Virus record (IMG/VR): IMGVR_UViG_3300017991_005548
Coordinates: 186,001 to 250,000 of that record
DNA: 64,000 bases
Strand: one strand, 5' to 3'
Below, piece by piece: positions 56,750 through 64,000 of this stretch; positions within the stretch are counted from its first letter, which is position 1; each line of letters begins with the position of its first letter. Both the position numbers and the translations under genes were made by a program. The notes under the pieces were generated by a model. The model made no database searches, was not told the DNA's origin, and saw only the letters and a program-made list of their open reading frames with translations.

Positions 56750-58103
56750 TGATTTCGAACTGATCTTCTACCATTCTACAAATGTGATTACCAAAGTTAA
56801 TATCAACTTCCAAATGATCACCAAATGGTATAACTTGGACAACATGTCCTGTTTGTTGATAATAGCTTTCCAAAGTTGGATCAGTGCAAACAACAATTGC
56901 GCCTTTTCCATTTTGGTAGTAATCCTGTTCAGAGTATTTTGATCCTGCTTCTTTCGTCATTGAAGATGGATTAACAAACCAAGCAGGTTTGTCTCCTTTA
57001 AAAGAAACAGTAAAAGTTGATGCCGCCTTAGATTCTTTATCTATTGTTTCGAAAGTAGGGCTTTCATAGGGAAAGTCTTTAGGTATGTCTGGTAAACTAC
57101 GTCCCTCTAAATGTAATACAGATGAATTGTCTCCTACACAGCAATGCCCTATCTTCTCCACAATTGGCTTCCAATATGCTTGATAGAACTCCAGGGAGTG
57201 ATATGGATACATATCCCTGATTTTGCCCCCAGGTCTTATGTCTTGCAAAAACAAATCTTTCCCAATATCTAATGCGATTACAATATCGTCACCATCAAAT
57301 AAATCAATACCATGGGAATGTTTTACCCATACTGCACTTGGATGATTATTTTCAACTGCTGAACAAGCACGTTTGCCATACTCATTCATCAACTCTTGGA
57401 TTGCATCAGCGTCGATGTCTCCCCAAGCATCTTGATAAGAAGTAAGAGATTGGGCTTGCTTTATTAAAGACTTAGATGAGGCCATCGGCATTTCCATTGG
57501 ATCGGCCATTGGCATCCCTCCCATCGGATCGGCCATCGGATCAGCCATTGGATCAGCCATTGGGACATCTTCCTCTTCTTCACTTTCTTTTTTGTCCTTG
57601 GCTAAATCCTCAGAATAATATTTGTGGACAAGTTCCTTTATTTTAGAAATAATTCCGTTCAGTCTTTCTTCGCTTTTTTCTTTATCTTCTTCTTCAGCGA
57701 GTTCATCTTCGTCCATGTTGTCTATCACAAACAAAATTTCACTAACAACAGCTTTTGCTTCGAAGTAATTTACTTTCTTCTGATTCTTATCCTCTTCATC
57801 CATGCCATCCGCCGTATCCACGAGACCATCATAAATTTCTTCATAATGATCTGCTAATCTCGTCTCTGCCGAAACATCTTCTACTAATGGCTTTTGCAAA
57901 TCCTCTATAGCGAATTTTTCTAAAGCGTCAATGTGATAAGAATGTTTCTCCGCAATTTGTTTGGCATCGCTATATGCTTCCCAGGCGTAACGATACAAAG
58001 GTTCTGAGAATTTTGTAAGGTTACTGTGATGGATGGATGAGAATTTGTTTATTGTAAAACAATATCTGTCTTTTATCTTGAAAACTTTAATGTGTTTGTT
58101 CAT
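56736..58103 (-). CDS. Hypothetical protein, 455 aa, with MADP repeats and KxA motifs
   Basis: First gene after an AGG-N19-GAA motif. Confidence 0.75.
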   Translation of the reverse strand: MNKHIKVFKIKDRYCFTINKFSSIHHSNLTKFSEPLYRYAWEAYSDAKQIAEKHSYHIDALEKFAIEDLQKPLVEDVSAETRLADHYEEIYDGLVDTADGMDEEDKNQKKVNYFEAKAVVSEILFVIDNMDEDELAEEEDKEKSEERLNGIISKIKELVHKYYSEDLAKDKKESEEEEDVPMADPMADPMADPMGGMPMADPMEMPMASSKSLIKQAQSLTSYQDAWGDIDADAIQELMNEYGKRACSAVENNHPSAVWVKHSHGIDLFDGDDIVIALDIGKDLFLQDIRPGGKIRDMYPYHSLEFYQAYWKPIVEKIGHCCVGDNSSVLHLEGRSLPDIPKDFPYESPTFETIDKESKAASTFTVSFKGDKPAWFVNPSSMTKEAGSKYSEQDYYQNGKGAIVVCTDPTLESYYQQTGHVVQVIPFGDHLEVDINFGNHICRMVEDQFEIIDDL

Positions 58104-58114
58104 AGCTAAAACCT

Positions 58115-58158
58115 AAAAAAGGCTGTATCGTGTTTATTTCCACAAATACAGCCTTTTT
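58115..58158 (-). terminator. Terminator after RNR; loop is GAAATAAA
   Basis: AAAAAGGCTGTAT-T-TGTG/CACG-ATACAGCCTTTTT stem. Confidence 0.8.
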
Positions 58159-58171
58159 ACCTTTTATATGA

Positions 58172-61100
58172 TTACGAGTCTTTTTCGCTTAGCTTCTCAC
58201 GTATGGATACTCCAAGTGCTCCGCTTTCACAATGACCGCCTGAGCAAGCGTCTCCAGCCCCGCCACCATAATTGTCTAAATTGCCATATTCATCTTCATA
58301 ACATCCTGACCAGTCAACATCAATATATGTTCTAGTCAGATCTAACCACTTCTTCCAGTTCGCGACATCTTTAAGGCAATATGTCATTTTTCTAACATCA
58401 CCTTCAAAATAGCGATCTGCAAATTGTTTTGCCCTTCTGACCCAATCCAATTTTTCTTTGTAGTTTTCTACATTATGGTTAAGCCAAGCTTCAAGTAGTT
58501 TGTCTGGAGAGTCAGGGGACAATCCTTCGTTTTTCCACTTGATCCCATTTGTTTCAAAATCTCTGGAGATCTTATTTCTTAAAGGATCAACATAGATAAT
58601 CTCTCCAATGCCAAGCAAACAATCACAAGCTTCCCAAAGATTGTCTTTAAATACTCTCAATCCGTCAACAATAAGACCGCTGGCGAATAAACTGCCATCC
58701 CCATACTCTCTGACGATCTCTGTGATGGTCATAACTGCCGTAAAAGGCGCTTGAGGGTAATCTTTGTCCCCAGACATAGGTAACATAGAAATTCCCGCAT
58801 AATACCTTCTATTGCGATAAATGTGGTTAGCAACATCATCCCATTCATGTGGCTTGATGTTAATAGTGTTTGATACATTATGTCTTAGCCAAGGATAAAT
58901 AGCCGTATCATGTCTTGTCCCTGACTCAACCCAATTCTGTTGAGTAAGCTTAACATTCTCAAGAAGAGTTATGGCACCGACCTGATTTTTGGTTTTGGCT
59001 CCATCAGGAACTTCGCATAAGAAGGTAATAACAACATCAGTGTTATTATTTGACCATACTGATTCTTCGATAGCATCTGGGTTATGTTTTTCAAAATATT
59101 TCAGCGGAGTCTCAAGTTTGTTTGCTTGAACTCTCCTGAAATATCTTTTGGCATGATGAGGATGAATCCCAGATGCAGTTCCCAAAACACAACTCGTAGA
59201 TCCAGCAGGCTTAACACATGTAGCTCTTGCACATAAATTGATGCCAAGTATTCCTGCAATCTTCTCATTAGTTTTAAGAATAAGTTTAGCACCCTTCCTT
59301 TGTAATGCAGGATCAAAGGCCATATCAGGATTATCTGCCATACCTGTCATAGAAACACCGAGAAGTGCCTCAAGCTTTACGATTTCCTGAGTGATGTTGC
59401 CCAAATAATGAAAGGTATCATACGAAGCTTGAATAGTGCCAATGATTGCCGCCGCTTTACAAGAGTCAAGAAAATCCTCTTCGGTTTTAACCTTCTTTAC
59501 ATTGATCTCACATAAATTGCAAAATTGCCATCCGCTAAGATATTCATTATTGTCCTGAGCGATAACAGCAGAGGCAAATTCTTTGCGGAATTGATCATTC
59601 AAAGGGAGCTTTGGGACCATGCCGATTTCAACACAGTTATGTACATAAACTCCGTTTCCATCGAACGCATGAACAACGGGAACAGTACAATCATATACTT
59701 TTTCAATCCCCTTACTCTCTTTAGAGGCAACTGTAGCTATGAATTTACTCTTATTTGGTTTTCTTTTATATTGACTCAACAAACTATCAAGTTTTTGAAT
59801 TTTATATGGTTCTGAAAACCCGATCCTATTTCTATAAACCCAAATAGATTCATTTGAAATAACAAGTTCATGGGCCGTTTGGCAAAAATAATCTTTTTTA
59901 CCACCTTTTCCGTCAGGCATTGGTTTAAAACCCTCACCTCTACGGTTTTTATAAACTTTAGACACAATACCAAGGCGGAGGAGCATCCTTTGTACAGTTT
60001 TTAAATTGTTAAGAGAGATGCTGTGTAAACGTATTGACATCCCCTTCTTTAAATCGCCCTGGACAGATCCATCTGCATCAAAATACCCCTGAAGGAACCC
60101 TCTATACATATCTGAAGAACTTCCCTCTATTTTACACCCTATCTCCTTTTCACCACGTTTTATTCCGTAGTATTCTGCCATCTTTTTTAACCCAGAAGAA
60201 TATAACCTTAATTTACCGACATTTGACGTTTGTTTTCCTCCTGTCATTTCTTTATATGTATGAAGTCCTGACATTTTTATTCTTTTGATAGCCATCTTCA
60301 TCATATGAGACCTTGACTCTCCCCAATAGTCAAGCAATGCACTATTTTTAGTAAAGGTTCCGTCCCCAAGCAAACTGCCCAACAACCAACCTTTATCAAA
60401 GGTTTCATGAAACCCTTCTCCCTTCCATGTAAGATTTTGGTGATTATGTAAAACTATTTGATCTCCAACGTTTAGGTCTTTCAGTTCAACCCAACCCTCT
60501 GGAGTCATTATCTGGTGATTACTGGTCGCCTCTATGCAAAATCCCTCTTTAGTTTCTAAACCAAAAAGCTCTTTTTCCCCAGTTTCAAACATCCCCTTTT
60601 TTGTAGTAGGATATACTTGACCATCAACTATTGCTCCAAACTGTTTGCCCAAAAGATTTTTTGCTTTCTTCGGGCCATGATCTGTCATAACCCAAGTGTC
60701 ACCACTAACACATGGATTATAAACGATGTCATTACTTTCTGCCCAAACGAAGCCTGGTTCACCAAATTCTTTGTTCAATTCAATGAATTTCATGAACTGC
60801 TCTTTGGAGGTTTCGCTTCGCACTAAAATAACAGAATTATTTGATCTTCCTCTTTGAGGATTCTCTTTGCGCCAAGCGCCAGTTTTGGCTTTTGCCATCT
60901 CTTCGTCTTCAGGAGAGAATAAACAAATAGATGCACTGCGGCGAATTCCACCAGACAAAACAGCATCAGAGGAATGCATCATGATATCATAAGCATCAAT
61001 TGGCCTAAGACAGTCACCAAACTTACAACATCTATTAAGCAGAACATTGATATTATATAGTGATATTTTCAGTCCATCTGGTCCAGGGGCCTTGCTTCCT

Positions 61101-61675
61101 GAGGAAATTGGAGCACCTTCTGGTCGAATTTGGGAAAAATCGAAGATCACTTCATATCCTTGATATTCTGGGAAAGGAACGTCATCTCCAATAAAAAATG
61201 AAGATAACAAAACCCCGACAGAATCGGCCCATCCTTCGATGCTGTCTGGGATTACGAAAGTCTTAGTCCCTTTAGTCGGGTTGGCTATGCCAGGAAGCTT
61301 CGCGACATGGTGGGTTTGAACTGAAAATCCGATTCCACAACCACAAAGTAAAAGGAACATACCTTCTTGAAAAAATCTTGGTCTGTCACAATACGAGACC
61401 GTACAATTGTATAACTTCTCATGCTTGTCTAGAATTGGTTTCCCCCCAAACTGCAATGCCCTTTGAGATCCAAGAACCCTTTTTCTTCGAACCATTCGTT
61501 CTGCGAAATCCATTTCTTCTTTTAATTGCTCACAAATCTCTGGCCCAAGCTTCTTTCGATGCATGTCAAATACTCTAGTGACTTGTTCTTCCCAAGTCTC
61601 TCGTCTTTTCATCTCAGGTAGGTATTTGGCATACTTCGAAAAACGTGTATATTCTTGAAGTGCTCTGACGGACAT
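58172..61675 (-). CDS. nrdJ: Class II (B12-dependent) ribonucleotide reductase with intein
   Basis: GSQRALQFGG, YNCT, GGIRRSA, split active site NP|CVE, TCVKPAGSTS. Confidence 0.88.
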   Translation of the reverse strand: MSVRALQEYTRFSKYAKYLPEMKRRETWEEQVTRVFDMHRKKLGPEICEQLKEEMDFAERMVRRKRVLGSQRALQFGGKPILDKHEKLYNCTVSYCDRPRFFQEGMFLLLCGCGIGFSVQTHHVAKLPGIANPTKGTKTFVIPDSIEGWADSVGVLLSSFFIGDDVPFPEYQGYEVIFDFSQIRPEGAPISSGSKAPGPDGLKISLYNINVLLNRCCKFGDCLRPIDAYDIMMHSSDAVLSGGIRRSASICLFSPEDEEMAKAKTGAWRKENPQRGRSNNSVILVRSETSKEQFMKFIELNKEFGEPGFVWAESNDIVYNPCVSGDTWVMTDHGPKKAKNLLGKQFGAIVDGQVYPTTKKGMFETGEKELFGLETKEGFCIEATSNHQIMTPEGWVELKDLNVGDQIVLHNHQNLTWKGEGFHETFDKGWLLGSLLGDGTFTKNSALLDYWGESRSHMMKMAIKRIKMSGLHTYKEMTGGKQTSNVGKLRLYSSGLKKMAEYYGIKRGEKEIGCKIEGSSSDMYRGFLQGYFDADGSVQGDLKKGMSIRLHSISLNNLKTVQRMLLRLGIVSKVYKNRRGEGFKPMPDGKGGKKDYFCQTAHELVISNESIWVYRNRIGFSEPYKIQKLDSLLSQYKRKPNKSKFIATVASKESKGIEKVYDCTVPVVHAFDGNGVYVHNCVEIGMVPKLPLNDQFRKEFASAVIAQDNNEYLSGWQFCNLCEINVKKVKTEEDFLDSCKAAAIIGTIQASYDTFHYLGNITQEIVKLEALLGVSMTGMADNPDMAFDPALQRKGAKLILKTNEKIAGILGINLCARATCVKPAGSTSCVLGTASGIHPHHAKRYFRRVQANKLETPLKYFEKHNPDAIEESVWSNNNTDVVITFLCEVPDGAKTKNQVGAITLLENVKLTQQNWVESGTRHDTAIYPWLRHNVSNTINIKPHEWDDVANHIYRNRRYYAGISMLPMSGDKDYPQAPFTAVMTITEIVREYGDGSLFASGLIVDGLRVFKDNLWEACDCLLGIGEIIYVDPLRNKISRDFETNGIKWKNEGLSPDSPDKLLEAWLNHNVENYKEKLDWVRRAKQFADRYFEGDVRKMTYCLKDVANWKKWLDLTRTYIDVDWSGCYEDEYGNLDNYGGGAGDACSGGHCESGALGVSIREKLSEKDS
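59636..60712 (-). mobile_element. Intein with LAGLIDADG homing endonuclease, 359 aa
   Basis: Starts CVSGDT, ends VHN before Cys+1; blocks LLGSLLGDG and LQGYFDADGS. Confidence 0.92.
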
Positions 61676-61686
61676 AAAGTGTCTCC

Positions 61687-62907
61687 TTATTTCTCTATTA
61701 AATCTTCTACAAAACTACTGACAACTTCGAACATAAACTGCTTTACATCCCCCCTAAAGTCATCCACATCATCGATTGGTTGATCCAATCGTTTCAATAA
61801 CTCTCTCCCATCTTCAACAATGTCTTCTGTGTCATCAAACGTTTGCAGTTTTATCAGAGCATCTTTGATTTCATCATGCACTTGCAATCTCCAGGGTTCT
61901 TTGCGATAAATATCACTACAATTTAACAATCTCAAGTCATGAACTTGGTTTTTGTCTGAAAAATTTCTGGAGATATGATAGCTATGAGTTGTTGTGATGA
62001 TTTGACTATCCTCAAAACATCTTTTCATAGCCCTGATTAAAGGTAAATGTCTTCCACTTTCAACATGCATTTCTACATTATCTATTAGGATTATAGATGG
62101 GACGTATTCTAAATTCAAAAGAGAAGAAAATGTTTTCATGATTTTCCTCTCTCCATCGCTACATTCTTTATAGTGAATTGTTTCATTGGGTTTGTGTACG
62201 TAGAACCCGAACACATACTCTTTTTTAATTCTGGAGTTTCCGACAGAGAATTCCGTTTCTTCTTCTTCTATCTCAAATCCAGTTACAGCTTCAAACAATT
62301 CTTTGAAGATCACCCATTTACCTCTGTCCAATTGGAACTTTCTTAGCTCCTGATCAAATCGAGTGAAGTAACATAATCTCATTACGAGATTTCTGATTTT
62401 TTCAGGGTGTCCTTTCTTAAATCCCTCCTTAGTGAGTATAACTTCATAATCTCCCAAAGATGTCCCCAGAGTTGCCCTAATGCAGAAGTCGGCATCCCCA
62501 TAAACACCTGACTTATCCCCTCCTTCCACATGACGAACAGCCTTACCAAGTATGGATTTTAGACGAACTTCATCATATTGTTCGTAATTAGTAAAAAGGG
62601 AGTAAATAATTTCAAGGGTTGTTGACTTTCCACAGCCATTGGGTCCGATAAAACAGGCAAAATTGCTGGTTTCATCTTTATAAGTAAAGTCTATTAAGAA
62701 GTCATGGAAGATTTTATAGTCTCTTATGTAGAGACGCTTCACTTTGACGTAAGGAAAATCTTTCTCTGAGAAATTGGGCATAGCAGAAATGAGCTTCTGA
62801 AGGTCATCAGTGACATTTGTCTCATTGGTTACCTGATCTTCGGCACAATCAAACTCAGTTTTGTTCTCTATGAAAAAATCTTTACCTTTTGTCGTCACTT
62901 CGTCCAT
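61687..62907 (-). CDS. ABC-type ATPase (AAA_15/AAA_21-like)
   Basis: GPNGCGKST, signature CSDGERK, LIDNVEMH, TTHS. Confidence 0.8.
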   Translation of the reverse strand: MDEVTTKGKDFFIENKTEFDCAEDQVTNETNVTDDLQKLISAMPNFSEKDFPYVKVKRLYIRDYKIFHDFLIDFTYKDETSNFACFIGPNGCGKSTTLEIIYSLFTNYEQYDEVRLKSILGKAVRHVEGGDKSGVYGDADFCIRATLGTSLGDYEVILTKEGFKKGHPEKIRNLVMRLCYFTRFDQELRKFQLDRGKWVIFKELFEAVTGFEIEEEETEFSVGNSRIKKEYVFGFYVHKPNETIHYKECSDGERKIMKTFSSLLNLEYVPSIILIDNVEMHVESGRHLPLIRAMKRCFEDSQIITTTHSYHISRNFSDKNQVHDLRLLNCSDIYRKEPWRLQVHDEIKDALIKLQTFDDTEDIVEDGRELLKRLDQPIDDVDDFRGDVKQFMFEVVSSFVEDLIEK

Positions 62908-63070
62908 ACTTGCCTCCGCATAACTTCTTTGTTACTGTTCTATCAATAATCATTCGTCGTTTTTCATATTCAGTTTCAGGTTCAGGTGCAGGTTTATTTT
63001 CTGTATTTACTCTTGCACCATCTGGCACATGGACATAGAATCCACCCAATTCATATTTTTCATCATTCAT
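62882..63070 (-). CDS. Hypothetical protein, 62 aa
   Basis: In operon context. Confidence 0.5.
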   Translation of the reverse strand: MNDEKYELGGFYVHVPDGARVNTENKPAPEPETEYEKRRMIIDRTVTKKLCGGKYGRSDDKR

Positions 63071-63074
63071 TCTA

Positions 63075-63545
63075 TTACCAATCCAAAGATCTGAGTTCTT
63101 CAGTAAGTATTCTGGGCAGTAGACTTATGTGAAATTTAAATTTTGCAACATTTCCGAGAACTGTTACACCAAACTTTCTATGAGTTTTTGACGATATCGC
63201 CTCAATATAATCTTGTGCTTCTAATTTAGAGGTTAACTCTACAAATTGGCTGATATTCTCTCTTACCAAGAACTCTCCCAAGAAGTCGATCATGAAAGTG
63301 GAGAAGAACTCTTTCTCATATTTGATGTAGGTTTCTCTATCAAACCCCATATCATCCATGAATACTGAGAAAGTGATATCTTCGGTATCAATCGCTTCTT
63401 CATTTTCATTTTGAGACTGGACAAAAGAAAGAGATCTGATTTGAGGCTTCGTTTTTATAAAGCGCTCAATCATTTCTCGACAATGAAAACACTTGCCTCC
63501 ATTCGAGTCTTGAAACAACTTATTGTTTGTTTGCTCTTTATTCAC
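63075..63545 (-). CDS. Hypothetical protein, 156 aa
   Basis: In operon context. Confidence 0.65.
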   Translation of the reverse strand: MNKEQTNNKLFQDSNGGKCFHCREMIERFIKTKPQIRSLSFVQSQNENEEAIDTEDITFSVFMDDMGFDRETYIKYEKEFFSTFMIDFLGEFLVRENISQFVELTSKLEAQDYIEAISSKTHRKFGVTVLGNVAKFKFHISLLPRILTEELRSLDW

Positions 63546-63612
63546 TTAATCTTGCCCTTGTTAGATTATGGTTATAAGCCTTTGATATTATAACCTGAGA
63601 CGACCCAAAATC

Positions 63613-64000
63613 CTAGAACTTTATTGTCATTTTTAGGCCGACCTTTAAATTTTTCTTAAGTTTATCTCCGATTTCTTGGATATCGTCGTTCATATAGTCT
63701 GGACCTTCGCCTTCTTTGAAAGGTGTAAGTCCAATATCTGGTCTGACATGTTTCTTTATAAAATTACCTATTCTTCCCAATCTCGTCTTGGGTCTTTTGT
63801 CGAATTCTGTCTCTTGAACTGGCTCAACACTCTCTAAAATTTCTTTCTTTTCTTCGTCTGTAAGTCTAAATATCTCGGTTTTAGTTGGCGGTTTTGAGTC
63901 TTCCGTTTCGACTATTTCCACCTTATCCTCTGAAGTTCCAAAAAGAGAGTTCAAATCGTCTTGGACATCTTCCAGTTTTTCCGTCTCTTTTTGTTTTTGA
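63613..64000 (-). CDS. Hypothetical protein, 5' end beyond the window
   Basis: Frame stays open upstream of the listed TTG (QKQKETEKLEDVQDDLNS) to the window edge. Confidence 0.65.
   Translation of the reverse strand, partial: QKQKETEKLEDVQDDLNSLFGTSEDKVEIVETEDSKPPTKTEIFRLTDEEKKEILESVEPVQETEFDKRPKTRLGRIGNFIKKHVRPDIGLTPFKEGEGPDYMNDDIQEIGDKLKKNLKVGLKMTIKF

Larger units (their letters stand above)
1465..58162 (-). promoter_or_regulatory. Dispersed bipartite promoter-like motif AGG-N19-GAA(A/T-rich), 19 copies
   Basis: GAA..AGG spans (+ coordinates): 1470-1494, 6980-7004, 10465-10489, 19407-19431, 21125-21149, 23854-23878, 25249-25272 (N18), 25832-25856, 27573-27597, 28167-28191, 37800-37824, 42509-42533, 42553-42577, 45753-45777, 49996-50020, 52012-52036, 54072-54096, 56009-56033, 58138-58162. 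All lie shortly upstream of gene starts. Confidence 0.8.

Noticed and set aside
96-63593. Many plus-strand ORFs of 60-270 aa in the track (e.g. 4672, 26354, 29137, 43816)
   Set aside because: Antisense shadows of long minus-strand genes, with no SD or recognisable motifs
1-64000. Genome-wide TAG reassignment (code 15-like)
   Set aside because: Long genes are intact under code 11. Several genes end in TAG with no sensible continuation (e.g. 15016 would add 2 aa). Only one gene needed readthrough.

Overview
64 kb of a large (jumbo/huge) tailed-phage genome, almost all on the minus strand, containing the head-morphogenesis module. It holds TerL, a portal fused to a DUF559-like nuclease domain, a 1856-aa prohead protease/scaffold, a capsid decoration-like protein, an HK97-fold major capsid protein and neck-like genes. 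Accessory genes include an actin-like ATPase, GT4 glycosyltransferase, CCA-adding enzyme, Ycf46-like AAA ATPase, DUF1257, DUF2997, trypsin-like protease, class II RNR with intein and an ABC-type ATPase. Main observations: (1) At least 13 unrelated proteins share an N-terminal MK(I/L)(I/V)(K/R)x(A/S) leader, and (K/R)-x-A-(S/Q/A/N/G) motifs recur at domain junctions. This suggests an undescribed capsid cargo-targeting and maturation-cleavage system. (2) A canonical amber-suppressor tRNA (CUA) lies about 520 nt upstream of a Pth2-like gene interrupted by one in-frame TAG, although other genes use TAG as a stop. (3) An A AAA AAG/A9 slippery site opens a 65-codon -1 extension. (4) A bipartite AGG-N19-GAA promoter-like motif occurs 19 times, twice with its -10 element forming the loop of a terminator hairpin. 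All family assignments are by eye from motifs; no searches were run.
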